IMG/VR virus record: IMGVR_UViG_3300019487_000001
Coordinates: 1 to 64,000 of that record
Source of the DNA: a virus
DNA length: 64,000 nt
Reading direction: 5' to 3' (one strand)
Shown in pieces: positions 35,659 through 45,014 of the stretch. Each line of letters starts with the position of its first letter. Position 1 is the stretch's first letter. The position numbers were made by a program, and so were the translations under genes. A model generated the notes under the pieces. That model searched no databases. It was not told the DNA's origin and saw only the letters and a program-made list of their open reading frames with translations.

Positions 35659-37520
35659 AAGATTTTTCCCGTCAATAGATAACTTTTCAAGGCATAGACG
35701 CAAATATCATTTGCCTTGGCCTTATCAGCCTCCCAAGGAAGCTTCGTTCGAGCAACTGCCACATCAGCAGCCTCGAATAATTTCTTAGCCTCATCTTTCA
35801 CTTTTTCAAGTGACCACTTGCCCTGCTTGATCTCTAAGAGTTCAGACGCATCGTTACGCCAGACGTTTAAGACACCGGTTTCTAAGAATTCGATACCCAT
35901 TCTTAGCAAGCGTATGCAGTGTGCCGCGTTCTTGCAATTTCCATGTATTGATACCTTACCGTCTTGTCTGGTAATTAACGTCCCTGTCGGGACCTCGAAG
36001 CACACAACCCTCTGATTCTTGACTTTTCTTTTAATAACGTTAAAACCTTCTCTTTTTCCGCTACGATATGAGGGTTTTTTGTTGTAGCTTCTTATTTTCT
36101 TAAAGTTAATACAGCTGATTGGTTGATCGTTTTTAGATCTATATATTTGATACGTAGTGAGTTTTTTGCCGGTAAAACTAGATGGGCTACTATATGGCCC
36201 ATTGGCCGCAACCGGTATTCCTGCAAGGATCATCACAGACTGTATATCGTCGATTAAATTCTTATTAGTACTATAATATACAAAATGACCTTTTTTATTT
36301 TTTGATCCATCTCCCGATAGAAGGGCTTTCCACAATATTTCTACTTGTCGCGTAGAAAGATTAAAAGCCCATTTAGGTAATCTTTTATTTTTTGATCCAT
36401 GCCCACAATCCTTGTAGATTTGATGCGCAATTGGACCATGCAATATATAGACGGTTTCTTTTTTATATTGGTATTGTTTGATTGGGTAATTGAGCTTATT
36501 GATAATATCCCTAAAATCACCCATTTTTACTTGTGATAATCTAATAGCCTTGCATTTTTTAATGTTGGTTTTTCTGCTACGATAAAATTGTGCAGTGCCT
36601 TCAGAAAGAAAAAGCCCCATCAATGATAGATAATCATCCGATACGCCTTCGAGTTCTTTAGGTCGCTCATTGGGACATCTGCGTATATGATAATGCGATC
36701 TTCTTTGATTTAATATCTCATCAACAGATTTTAATTCCCATTCATTATTAGGAATATATTTATGAGAATAATTGTTCTTAGGATTTCTATGAGCAGTAGA
36801 AACTAAAAGATTATGGTTATGCGTAACGGTGCATTTAGATAAATTGCCTCTTATTGTATACAAATAACCAGAATATTTTTTATCGATTTTGTCGATATAC
36901 TTGCAAAAAATTAAATCACCAGTTTTAATATCCACCGTTGCCAAAGAATCATTTGCATGAATATCGTCAAACTTCTTCCATCCGGAATCTGTTAAAAATT
37001 CTGTATCTTTCAAATAACAATCATAGCCGAACTGCTTCACCAGCTTCTTTCGCTTATCACCCATGTAGCCCTCAAAGGCTAGGTGAGTCATTTTGTGCAT
37101 CTGAGCGTAAGCATAGCCAGTGAATGAGTGATAGAGGGCTTGACTCGAGAATATATCACGATTCTCGATCAGAGCCCGACCAGTAGGAGTGATCTTCTTA
37201 TAAAGCTCCGGCTTTAACCAGAGCATACCAATGACGTTGGGATTGCTCTTGATCAGAAGAGACATGAACTTACGAAGCTCATGGAACTCGTAGTCCCATT
37301 GCTCATGCTGTATATGCTTAGACTTCTCAGCTTCTTTTTCGCTGTGACCGTGGATGCCAATATACTTGGACTCAGGAGCTAGGTAGACTCCCATCATATC
37401 CACATCGTCAATAGAGGTAGGATCCGTAGGCGGAACATACATACCGTGGGCATGTGAGCCACGATAAGCGTATAGGATACACCGATCCAGGTAATCCTGG
37501 ATCTGGGTTTCGATATTCAC
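35655..37520 (-). CDS. RlaP-like (pol-beta superfamily) nucleotidyltransferase interrupted by an intein
   Basis: The N-extein has YRGSHAHGMY..DDVDMMGVY, a GS/DxD nucleotidyltransferase core. The C-extein of 93 aa resumes at CKNAAHCIRLL. Confidence 0.7.
   Translation of the reverse strand: MNIETQIQDYLDRCILYAYRGSHAHGMYVPPTDPTSIDDVDMMGVYLAPESKYIGIHGHSEKEAEKSKHIQHEQWDYEFHELRKFMSLLIKSNPNVIGMLWLKPELYKKITPTGRALIENRDIFSSQALYHSFTGYAYAQMHKMTHLAFEGYMGDKRKKLVKQFGYDCYLKDTEFLTDSGWKKFDDIHANDSLATVDIKTGDLIFCKYIDKIDKKYSGYLYTIRGNLSKCTVTHNHNLLVSTAHRNPKNNYSHKYIPNNEWELKSVDEILNQRRSHYHIRRCPNERPKELEGVSDDYLSLMGLFLSEGTAQFYRSRKTNIKKCKAIRLSQVKMGDFRDIINKLNYPIKQYQYKKETVYILHGPIAHQIYKDCGHGSKNKRLPKWAFNLSTRQVEILWKALLSGDGSKNKKGHFVYYSTNKNLIDDIQSVMILAGIPVAANGPYSSPSSFTGKKLTTYQIYRSKNDQPISCINFKKIRSYNKKPSYRSGKREGFNVIKRKVKNQRVVCFEVPTGTLITRQDGKVSIHGNCKNAAHCIRLLRMGIEFLETGVLNVWRNDASELLEIKQGKWSLEKVKDEAKKLFEAADVAVARTKLPWEADKAKANDICVYALKSYLLTGKIL
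35937..37019 (-). mobile_element. intein with LAGLIDADG homing-endonuclease domain (361 aa)
   Basis: Begins with Cys (CYLKDTEFLTDSGW, block A). LAGLIDADG motifs YLSLMGLFLSEGTA and ILWKALLSGDGSK. Ends ..VSIHGN followed by a +1 Cys. The insert is markedly AT-rich versus the flanks. Confidence 0.75.
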
Positions 37521-37768
37521 TAGCAGGGCCTCATATTGCCAAAGCTTTGAATCGGGCCTTCGATATAAATACTCGATTGCTCGATTCGGGCTTCAGTCCA
37601 ATTATGAATATATCTTAGGTTTTGCCGAGCAAAATCCAAGATACCATCGATATTCTCTTGAGTGTCAGCCTTATGAGCTGAGACTATGCTAAGCACTGTG
37701 GGCTTAGCATTCTGCGGATCGATAACTTTAACTCTGTAACCGTATGACTCGCTCATTTTTTTCTCCAA
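37520..37768 (-). CDS. hypothetical protein
   Basis: 82-aa ORF. Confidence 0.5.
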   Translation of the reverse strand: MEKKMSESYGYRVKVIDPQNAKPTVLSIVSAHKADTQENIDGILDFARQNLRYIHNWTEARIEQSSIYIEGPIQSFGNMRPC

Positions 37769-37771
37769 AAT

Positions 37772-38326
37772 CTATCCTAAACTCCATTTACACTTTGGAC
37801 AGGAGAACCCTCCACCGGGCTGGGAAAGTGGCACAGTGCCATCTTTACACATGGGACACTGACCTAGTTGTTTCCAATAGTAATCGAAGTCAGGGATCAT
37901 ATGCCAATTAGGATCTGACGGAGGAGTCTCAGTCGGCATAAGTAAATCCCTAGGATCTACATTATGCAAATTAAGATCGATCGTAATCTCGTTAGGATCT
38001 ACCGGATCACCGGGTGGAATAATCACAGGCCCTGATGCACAGGACGCGCACAGGGACTTGGGATAAATACCAACGATTGCCTGGTGAGAGTAGCAACTAG
38101 AACAGATATCATAGATATCGTAGTATTTCATATTGACAAGAACTTTCACGTCATCAGGACAGATCTCGTGATCGTAGTCGACGGTATCATTCTCGTAGAA
38201 AGAAACACTACCTGAATCAACCAGGTCATTGGCTTCTTCGATTGCACCATCTAAATTGTCAGCCTCAACTTCTATGTCTTTAGCATAGTGTTGAGCCATT
38301 CTGACTTTTACTTTATACTTAGGCAT
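37772..38326 (-). CDS. hypothetical protein with C-terminal zinc ribbon (paralog of 49865..50422)
   Basis: C-terminus YYWKQLGQCPMCKDG..SCPKCKW. Confidence 0.55.
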   Translation of the reverse strand: MPKYKVKVRMAQHYAKDIEVEADNLDGAIEEANDLVDSGSVSFYENDTVDYDHEICPDDVKVLVNMKYYDIYDICSSCYSHQAIVGIYPKSLCASCASGPVIIPPGDPVDPNEITIDLNLHNVDPRDLLMPTETPPSDPNWHMIPDFDYYWKQLGQCPMCKDGTVPLSQPGGGFSCPKCKWSLG

Positions 38327-38327
38327 A

Positions 38328-38531
38328 TTACACCAATGAGGAGAATCGTGTTTTCTCTTTCCTTGGAACCGGCTGTTCGCCTAGCCTACGGCCTTTAGCG
38401 TGGCAGTCTAGACAAAAAACCGATTCATCTTGGTCTCTCTGTGCACCACAACCTCGACAACGTTGGTTACTCCAGAACGGACCATCATTTTCATCGTCGT
38501 CGTAGTGGTCTCTGAAATCTTGCGTTCCCAT
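38328..38531 (-). CDS. zinc-ribbon protein with C-terminal RFxxL motif
   Basis: CRGCGA..CLDCH. Ends ..KEKTRFSSLV. Confidence 0.5.
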   Translation of the reverse strand: MGTQDFRDHYDDDENDGPFWSNQRCRGCGAQRDQDESVFCLDCHAKGRRLGEQPVPRKEKTRFSSLV

Positions 38532-38692
38532 TAGAGAACTGCGATTACAAACAGTGCCAGTAGGATTGCGAAGGCCAAGACGGCCTTGGCCTTATCAACC
38601 CAATGTGCCACTCGTAACAAAACATTTAAGGTCTTAAGAACCGCCTGTTGTACGCTCGGTTCTACCAAGATCATTGGATATGCTGTTTCCAT
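38531..38692 (-). CDS. 53-aa membrane peptide
   Basis: METAYPMILVEP..AFAILLALFVIAVL. Its TAA overlaps the next ATG by 1 nt. Preferred over the plus-strand track ORF 38586..38906. Confidence 0.35.
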   Translation of the reverse strand: METAYPMILVEPSVQQAVLKTLNVLLRVAHWVDKAKAVLAFAILLALFVIAVL

Positions 38693-38704
38693 GTTTTATC
38701 CCCC

Positions 38705-38884
38705 TTATTTTTTCAATTCAGGTGGCGGTGGTACAACGTCAATGGTTAATCCATTCTGTTTGGAGAAGCCAAACTTAAGTGGGAACCAGACATCTACCTT
38801 CTTGCCGTTCAGGGTTACACCAACCCTAGAAACTAGGCACCAGGCAACCACCAATGTAACTATTAGCAAAAGCATTTTCTTCAT
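38705..38884 (-). CDS. 59-aa secreted/lipoprotein-like peptide
   Basis: MKKMLLLIVTLVVAWC.. signal-like N-terminus. Confidence 0.4.
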   Translation of the reverse strand: MKKMLLLIVTLVVAWCLVSRVGVTLNGKKVDVWFPLKFGFSKQNGLTIDVVPPPPELKK

Positions 38885-38902
38885 AACCTATCTTTTAGAG
38901 TC

Positions 38903-39913
38903 CTAGACTTTTCTTCTTCCAGATAAAATCTCTTCTATATGTTGATAACTATCTGAAGTCTTAGTGTTAAGATTTTGACACAGGTCATAGATCTTAGTAG
39001 GACGATTGCCACCGATTTTTTCAAACTTAGACCAGCTGACATGCCCTCTGGTATAACCATCAGGGTTAATCTCTCGCCTTAGAGCTGCGGCAATGAGAGT
39101 ATCAGCTACAGCAGTTGGGACGTGCTTACCTTTAGCAAGCTTGGTCCAACGGTCTAGTTCCGAGATCTTCTTCATGTAGACAACCGCTGGCTTAAGTCTG
39201 CTAGCAAGACGGTCTACTAAAGGGTTAAGGTTGGTTTTAGCTTTACCATTCATCCAAGCAAAATGCTTTGTCTCACCTTTGAGACCGGAGAGATTCTTGG
39301 CATTGTAAATGTCAAGACTACGAACGCCGATGGGACGTCCATTGGCAAGATCGTCTACATACTGAGGATGTTCTTCCAGAAGTCTACCTAGGTATTGACA
39401 GGTGCGCTGATAGGACTGTTTGCCCATCAGACTGGCAACGTCAAATCCTGAGCGTTTAAAAGCTTCATCTACAGGATTGGCAAGCTTCTTGGTGTAATCG
39501 AAGTTCTCATAGGCAGCAAGATGTTCCTTGGCCTGTCTAACGTTTGTGCCAGTGTTAGCACTGATGCGAGCCATAGCAATGCGTCTAGCATCTTTAGTTT
39601 TGCTCTGGAAAATAAAGATCTTTTCGCTGCCTTTAACCATGCCTCGCTCAATGGCCTCGATGGTAGCAACTTTGCGAGTGTGGCCACTCGTAATACGACC
39701 TAGATGATCAATCCCTAGGGGATTGCTTGCTTCGCCATTAAGGGCAAATCTCAGACCATCAGCACCGTATTCCAAGAGAGATCGAACCTTGTTCTCGTTA
39801 ACCAGGGTCTCTCCGTTTTTGCCAGCCTGGATGGGGCTGTCGGGGAAACTGATAAACTCAGCGAGTGAAACCTCGAGTACTTTCACATACTCATTCTCTG
39901 CAAGAACTCTCAT
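38903..39913 (-). CDS. ParB/Srx-fold nuclease-like protein
   Basis: LGIDHLGRITSGHTRKVATIEA resembles the ParB N-terminal GxxxDGHHRxxA box. Confidence 0.4.
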   Translation of the reverse strand: MRVLAENEYVKVLEVSLAEFISFPDSPIQAGKNGETLVNENKVRSLLEYGADGLRFALNGEASNPLGIDHLGRITSGHTRKVATIEAIERGMVKGSEKIFIFQSKTKDARRIAMARISANTGTNVRQAKEHLAAYENFDYTKKLANPVDEAFKRSGFDVASLMGKQSYQRTCQYLGRLLEEHPQYVDDLANGRPIGVRSLDIYNAKNLSGLKGETKHFAWMNGKAKTNLNPLVDRLASRLKPAVVYMKKISELDRWTKLAKGKHVPTAVADTLIAAALRREINPDGYTRGHVSWSKFEKIGGNRPTKIYDLCQNLNTKTSDSYQHIEEILSGRRKV

Positions 39914-39930
39914 GGTAATTCTCCTTGCGA

Positions 39931-40245
39931 TCAGTCTACGATCTGATCAAATATTGTTAACTTGCCTTTGTAAGAATCAAATAACACAGTACCCGGTACA
40001 CCTAGGTAATTCACGATAGCCTCTTGGACATGCGGCGTCATCCTCTTACCGGCAATAACCTTTGAGAGGTCAGCCACATTGAGTGATGCGGCCTCAGCCA
40101 AGCTCTTCGCCGTCTTGTCAGCTAAGGCGAAGATAGCCTTGATACGACTAGCTTGGGGGATACCGCGATCTTTAGATTCAACCGCAATATCCAAGAGGAA
40201 ATCTTCTTTTGATCTAAGATCTGAATCAAGAATGTCATCAAACAT
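39931..40245 (-). CDS. possible helix-turn-helix DNA-binding protein
   Basis: KSLAEAASLNVADLSKVIAGKR looks like an HTH. Confidence 0.35.
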   Translation of the reverse strand: MFDDILDSDLRSKEDFLLDIAVESKDRGIPQASRIKAIFALADKTAKSLAEAASLNVADLSKVIAGKRMTPHVQEAIVNYLGVPGTVLFDSYKGKLTIFDQIVD

Positions 40246-40582
40246 TTTTCTTTACTCCCAAATGCTTTAATTTTAAATATTTCTCGTGAATATCAAAGCC
40301 CATGGCTTCGATAAGACAGAGATCCTCGTCGCCCTCTGTAAGCTCAAATTCATCTAAGATCATGGCCTGAAACTTAGAGTAGTCTTCCTGATGAAGAGTA
40401 TAGAGCTGTTTAATCGTAAACCTATCCAGAAGGCGAGTTAATAGGAATTCCACGTTGTATTCTACTTCAGTCCAGTCTACGCCCTTGTCGGCATAGTAGC
40501 TATAAGCAAACTCAGCATATAGATTTGACATCGCTCTATGGTACTGCATCTGACTACGCATGGATGGCTTAACTGAGCTCAT
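40238..40582 (-). CDS. hypothetical protein
   Basis: 114-aa ORF. Confidence 0.5.
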   Translation of the reverse strand: MSSVKPSMRSQMQYHRAMSNLYAEFAYSYYADKGVDWTEVEYNVEFLLTRLLDRFTIKQLYTLHQEDYSKFQAMILDEFELTEGDEDLCLIEAMGFDIHEKYLKLKHLGVKKNV

Positions 40583-40827
40583 TGATCCTCCATGATGGGA
40601 GCGATGATGTATGCTACTCTTTCACTAATTCTTAGTTGGTAAAACTGCATGGGCTCGTCCCTTTTATATGTTACAAATGGACCGAGCTCAGCATTCTCCG
40701 TCTCATCATAGAAGTCCCTACGATCTCTATCCCAGGATGAGAATAATCGAGTCTTCTTATTAACACGATAGACGGACACACTACTCGGATATTTCTCGAT
40801 GTAGTATACGTATTTACTCTTTTTCAT
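40579..40827 (-). CDS. hypothetical protein
   Basis: 82-aa ORF. Confidence 0.5.
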   Translation of the reverse strand: MKKSKYVYYIEKYPSSVSVYRVNKKTRLFSSWDRDRRDFYDETENAELGPFVTYKRDEPMQFYQLRISERVAYIIAPIMEDQ

Positions 40828-40831
40828 ATTC

Positions 40832-41125
40832 CTATATCCATATCGGAGGTTTGCCTTCGGCCAGAACTACCTGGTAATACGGATTTAGTGGATCATCTAC
40901 CAAGTAATGATTAGGAATGTCCACCAGGACAAAGTCTGACGCTTTCCACACGTAGTTCTTGGAGAACACAGAATCTTTGAAAGTATAGCCTACACCATTA
41001 GCGGTCTCTACTATCCACTTGAGATTCTCAAAGTGTTTCTTGGGATAATACTTCCAGAGCTTATCCCCTGGGTAGAGCGCCTCTTGGTATATGCTTTTCC
41101 AAACCTTCATGAGACTTCTTTCCAA
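40832..41125 (-). CDS. hypothetical protein
   Basis: 97-aa ORF. Confidence 0.5.
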   Translation of the reverse strand: MERSLMKVWKSIYQEALYPGDKLWKYYPKKHFENLKWIVETANGVGYTFKDSVFSKNYVWKASDFVLVDIPNHYLVDDPLNPYYQVVLAEGKPPIWI

Positions 41126-41381
41126 CCTCCGGTTCGAAGTAGATCTTGTGTCCGACTATCAGAGCGACGGAAACCTGGATGTCTAGGATCGCTGCTGCAA
41201 GCAGAGTCGTGGTTCCACCACCGAACAAGCCATATAGCACGAAAGATCCAATACAAAACAAGATATCAAAAGTCATTGCGAACCGCAAGATGAGTTTTTG
41301 TAACCAGGGGGGCATCTTCAAGAAAATGAAGATCAAGCCAATCAAGTTGAGCGATGCTAACAGGAATGATGTCGCTAACAT
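41061..41381 (-). CDS. membrane protein
   Basis: Multiple hydrophobic segments. The 3' end overlaps the next ORF. Confidence 0.45.
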   Translation of the reverse strand: MLATSFLLASLNLIGLIFIFLKMPPWLQKLILRFAMTFDILFCIGSFVLYGLFGGGTTTLLAAAILDIQVSVALIVGHKIYFEPEVGKKSHEGLEKHIPRGALPRG

Positions 41382-41713
41382 GCTAGACCTTCTTCGATTA
41401 CTATGATTTCTGAACCACAGGTTTCATCTTTGCACTTGCAATACTTTTTCAGTGAATATTTTATGTCTTTTAACGAGAACTCCAGATGTCCCTGTCTAGC
41501 CTCGGCATTGATACCGAGGTATTGGGGACCATAGACACCACCGCTACCGGCAGATTTCACTAGAAGCATCATCCAGCCCTTAAGCTTGAGGGCATTTAGT
41601 ACAGCTATTGCTGCACAACTGAAGTGATCGGTTTGTTTTACAAACCTAACAGAAAAAGCCTGGCCCTTGACCAGTTTTCGTCTCTTGAGATTTGCAAGAG
41701 ATCTTGGAAGCAT
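41375..41713 (-). CDS. hypothetical protein
   Basis: 112-aa ORF. Confidence 0.5.
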   Translation of the reverse strand: MLPRSLANLKRRKLVKGQAFSVRFVKQTDHFSCAAIAVLNALKLKGWMMLLVKSAGSGGVYGPQYLGINAEARQGHLEFSLKDIKYSLKKYCKCKDETCGSEIIVIEEGLAC

Positions 41714-41717
41714 AAGA

Positions 41718-41969
41718 CTAGATCCCCAATAGGGACATCATCTTGTCCAATTGTTGATTAAGTACGGCTTGGGTCGATGACGATTTCGACATCGGCTCCT
41801 GTAGGGCGAATGATCGGATCACCGAGAGGTTCTCCTGGATTCGCTGCTGGAAACGTTCCACCTGTGTTACGTTGCCCTCGTGTGCCGAGAACGGAATCAC
41901 TTCCGCTATCGACTTTACTGATTCCAGGGCTGACAGGAATTGGTCTTTTGTCGCTATTTCGTTTGGCAT
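41718..41969 (-). CDS. hypothetical protein
   Basis: 83-aa ORF with its own GGAGGT about 11 nt upstream of the ATG. Confidence 0.45.
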   Translation of the reverse strand: MPNEIATKDQFLSALESVKSIAEVIPFSAHEGNVTQVERFQQRIQENLSVIRSFALQEPMSKSSSTQAVLNQQLDKMMSLLGI

Positions 41970-42195
41970 TGGCTTTTTTACCTCCAGCTATACGATTCTG
42001 TTTCTTCACTAATTCTTGGAAATCAACTTCAGAAACGTATTTCAGGTCTCTCTCCAGGAATCCACCCTCGAGGATCCTATCCTCTACATGAACATGGCCA
42101 AGGATATAACCTCCGGCCATGCGTCTACCAACTTTAAGTGGCAGGCCAGACCCATCGCGGGCTGTACCTGACACTGCGTATTTATTTCCGTCCAC
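41758..42195 (-). CDS. hypothetical protein (3' third overlaps the next gene out of frame)
   Basis: The N-terminal ~75 aa fill the gap 41970-42195. The low-complexity tail overlaps 41718..41969. Confidence 0.4.
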   Translation of the reverse strand: MDGNKYAVSGTARDGSGLPLKVGRRMAGGYILGHVHVEDRILEGGFLERDLKYVSEVDFQELVKKQNRIAGGKKANAKRNSDKRPIPVSPGISKVDSGSDSVLGTRGQRNTGGTFPAANPGEPLGDPIIRPTGADVEIVIDPSRT

Positions 42196-42571
42196 GTAAA
42201 GGATCCTTTGCAGCGTAACCCTGCATCTTCTCTAAGATACCTAGGCGTTCGTATATACGCTCAATGCGCTTAAAGTGCCAAGGCTTACGTTGTTTCTCGA
42301 AGCTTTCAGAATAGATACTGAATACTAGATCAAACGTAGCATCATAGACTTCTTGAGCTTCATTCTTACGCGTGATGCGTTCTTCTGGTTGCAAGATAAA
42401 TTTGCCATTGTCCCAGTCGCCCCCGGTGTAGCCGCCCGTAATACCGCAGGTAGCTACGGGACCAACTGATGGATCACTAAGCCTCACCACAACGTCATTG
42501 TCAGAGCGACGCGATGCGCCGGGCAGTGCTGCCATCTTATCCAGTAGGGCTTTTAGTTCGGAAACTTTCAT
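42182..42571 (-). CDS. hypothetical protein
   Basis: 129-aa ORF. Confidence 0.55.
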   Translation of the reverse strand: MKVSELKALLDKMAALPGASRRSDNDVVVRLSDPSVGPVATCGITGGYTGGDWDNGKFILQPEERITRKNEAQEVYDATFDLVFSIYSESFEKQRKPWHFKRIERIYERLGILEKMQGYAAKDPLRGRK

Positions 42572-42698
42572 GCGTACTCGGGATCTTCAAAGTCACAGAT
42601 TAAAATGGACTGAACAGTCCCGTCCTTATCAACGTAATAATCTATGTAACAGTCTTCAACTGCTAGAAGCAGTAGAAGAAGGATCAGTGTCTTCTTCA

Positions 42699-43124
42699 CT
42701 ATAGGTTCTCTTCATTACCCTCGCGTATGCTTGCTCCAGGGTTTTCTCCCAGGCCTTGAACAACTTGCCTTGGGAAAAATAACCCAACAGTCGTGCCACT
42801 GCGGTGAATAATATCAAAATGCCTAGCTCCATCGAGGAAAAATCCTTCACTCTTTAAGTATGTAACACCATTTCTCTCTTCACAGGACCACTCCATCGTG
42901 TCCCTAAGAAGTTCAGGATAAGCTTTGGCTATCCCCTCCATGATGTCCACTAACTTGCGACTACCAGTGAATGCCACTTCGAAGGCATAGTTGTCACGTA
43001 TCTCATCATAAGTTTCACCATCGAGAAACCTAGGATTAGAATGTTTATCATGAGGGCTGACCGAGTTAAAACAGTTAAACTGATTTGTAAACGGTCGCCT
43101 TCTAGAGATTACAAACGTAGGCAT
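42699..43124 (-). CDS. hypothetical protein
   Basis: 141-aa ORF. Confidence 0.55.
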   Translation of the reverse strand: MPTFVISRRRPFTNQFNCFNSVSPHDKHSNPRFLDGETYDEIRDNYAFEVAFTGSRKLVDIMEGIAKAYPELLRDTMEWSCEERNGVTYLKSEGFFLDGARHFDIIHRSGTTVGLFFPRQVVQGLGENPGASIREGNEENL

Positions 43125-43236
43125 TAGAATAACTTCCCGGTTGTTACCAATTGGTACAATGCTATAAGACCAATGGATCCATACATAATTACAAACAGTA
43201 TTATGATGACAGCCATGGGGTTTTGAGGTTCGGACT

Positions 43237-43653
43237 TCATAACACGCCTTCTTGAATTAAATATATCACATAGTACGTCATGGCACCACCTATGACATAA
43301 AATAATATGTCTAGGAATGAGTTAACCGGGTTAATGTAGGAGGCATCAGCTCGTATGAACTGAATGACTTCCACTATGAATGGTATAATGACAAGCAATG
43401 CCCAGGTAGTCCACCGTGGTATTCCAAACCAGGCGCATATGAGCAGCCACACGGTGGTGCCCATTGACGCCCACGGTATGTGCTTCAACCAGCCAAAGGC
43501 TTCAGCTTCCATGTCAGGGCGGTTAACACCGTTGACGTAAAAGCTTGGACACAACTCGAAGAGTAGCCACTGGGCTAGACCCATGGTTTTAATGTTGTTC
43601 ACCATGATCTTGAAAGCCAGGCCTGATTTAAGATTTGTTAACAGTAGACTCAT
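43237..43653 (-). CDS. multi-pass membrane protein
   Basis: About 4 hydrophobic segments. Confidence 0.55.
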   Translation of the reverse strand: MSLLLTNLKSGLAFKIMVNNIKTMGLAQWLLFELCPSFYVNGVNRPDMEAEAFGWLKHIPWASMGTTVWLLICAWFGIPRWTTWALLVIIPFIVEVIQFIRADASYINPVNSFLDILFYVIGGAMTYYVIYLIQEGVL

Positions 43654-43678
43654 ATAGGTTATTTGTCCTCGCTAGTAC

Positions 43679-43939
43679 CTATCGCGGCGATGGAACATCG
43701 GCGTATCCCGCATGTCCAAAGAAACTTCTGATATGCAGGTCCGCGCATTCCTCGCAAAAGGGTCCTATGATCGGGGTTTCACCCAGTAGTACATCTTCTG
43801 GGTAGGGTAATTTAGCATTCTTAGCTTCGGTCCTGTCAAAGACAAGACCGTTAAGTATATTGATATAAAATCTAGAAGATTTTATCACCTGTCCGCAGGG
43901 TTTTCGTTGACAGACCGGGAGGTCGATAATTGTGCCCAC
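43679..43939 (-). CDS. hypothetical Cys-containing protein
   Basis: 86-aa ORF. Confidence 0.45.
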   Translation of the reverse strand: MGTIIDLPVCQRKPCGQVIKSSRFYINILNGLVFDRTEAKNAKLPYPEDVLLGETPIIGPFCEECADLHIRSFFGHAGYADVPSPR

Positions 43940-44214
43940 GAGATAATCTCCTTTAATTCATTCTTCAATGAATTTCTATAAGTTATCTCAAGGCCGAGAT
44001 CTCCGGATGATTTGGCTTGCACTATCTTCTCTGCCGTATCAGCGAGCACCTTCAAGCGCTCGGTAGATACAGTAGGCAGCCAGTCGGGGAGGCTCTTAAC
44101 AGAGATCTCCAGCGACTTAAGAGACGACATGAAAACTTTCCTATTCTCCTCGTTCTGTATCAGACGAGCGATTGGATCGTTTCCAAAAATTCTTTTCAAG
44201 AAGTCCAATATCAT
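43885..44214 (-). CDS. hypothetical protein
   Basis: 109-aa ORF. Confidence 0.5.
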   Translation of the reverse strand: MILDFLKRIFGNDPIARLIQNEENRKVFMSSLKSLEISVKSLPDWLPTVSTERLKVLADTAEKIVQAKSSGDLGLEITYRNSLKNELKEIISWAQLSTSRSVNENPADR

Positions 44215-44371
44215 CTTCGAATACTCCTACCCAGCACATACAGCGGTAGAACCACTTGAAAAGTATCATCGCGAGTATGGACTGCAGGAACCAGGTTACA
44301 AATTTCATACCGGCTATGACATGGTCTAAGCCGAATGTGTCAACTAGGTGCCTAAGATTTATTTGTATCAC
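44141..44371 (-). CDS. hypothetical small protein
   Basis: 76-aa ORF overlapping both neighbours. Weak call. Confidence 0.3.
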   Translation of the reverse strand: MIQINLRHLVDTFGLDHVIAGMKFVTWFLQSILAMILFKWFYRCMCWVGVFEDDIGLLEKNFWKRSNRSSDTERGE

Positions 44372-45014
44372 ACACGTCCTTCAAGAACTTCTCCACACCA
44401 GCACTGGTTAGTGGATCGTCAGCGAGCTGAACGAGTACCTTGAAGGGAGCGGTGAGTGCATCGGCACCGAGCATGACCGCTCCGAGAAAATGGTCTACAG
44501 ACCTAATGCTGGAGGCCAGTATCTCGGAGTCTTTGTAAATCTTATGAGCTCGCACAGCACTTATGATCTGTGCGAGCGTATTCATGCTGTTGCGGCCAAC
44601 ATCATCCAGTCGGCCCATGAATGGGCTTATGTAGGATGCGCCTGATTTAGCGGCCAGGATGGCCTGGCCGGGATTGAAGCACAGCGTTAGATTTGTAAAC
44701 ACACGCTGAGATAATTCAGTGGATACTCTATATCCAGCAATGGTGCAGGGGAGCTTAATAACCAGACGGTTATGAGGATTGTTTACCATGCCAAGAACAT
44801 TATGCGCTTCACGCATAAAGTCTGAGTAGGTAGGACCGAGTAGCTGGAATGACACAGGGCCGTAGGATACTGCCATGATGTCATGCAATCGGTTTATTCT
44901 TGAATGGAAATCACCAGTAAGACTGGTGGGATTAGTGGTGACACCATCGACGAAGCCAAGAGCGAATGCTCTCTCTACTTCCCTAGGGTCACCTGAATCT
45001 ACAAATATCTTCAT
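44352..45014 (-). CDS. tal: transaldolase / fructose-6-phosphate aldolase family (TalC/FsaA type)
   Basis: MKIFVDSGD..GFVDGVTTNPTS. Schiff-base Lys context LVIKLP. ISPFMGRLDD. Confidence 0.9.
   Translation of the reverse strand: MKIFVDSGDPREVERAFALGFVDGVTTNPTSLTGDFHSRINRLHDIMAVSYGPVSFQLLGPTYSDFMREAHNVLGMVNNPHNRLVIKLPCTIAGYRVSTELSQRVFTNLTLCFNPGQAILAAKSGASYISPFMGRLDDVGRNSMNTLAQIISAVRAHKIYKDSEILASSIRSVDHFLGAVMLGADALTAPFKVLVQLADDPLTSAGVEKFLKDVCDTNKS

Noticed and set aside
38586-38906. Plus-strand 106-aa ORF
   Set aside because: It is antisense to two compact minus-strand mini-ORFs that have proper start contexts and signal/TM features. It has no RBS and lies in an otherwise exclusively minus-strand operon.
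41960-41975. Programmed -1 frameshift at the A6 run joining 41758..42195 to 41718..41969
   Set aside because: The downstream ORF is in the +1 frame, not -1. The A-run is not in X XXY YYZ register, and the downstream ORF has its own strong Shine-Dalgarno and ATG.
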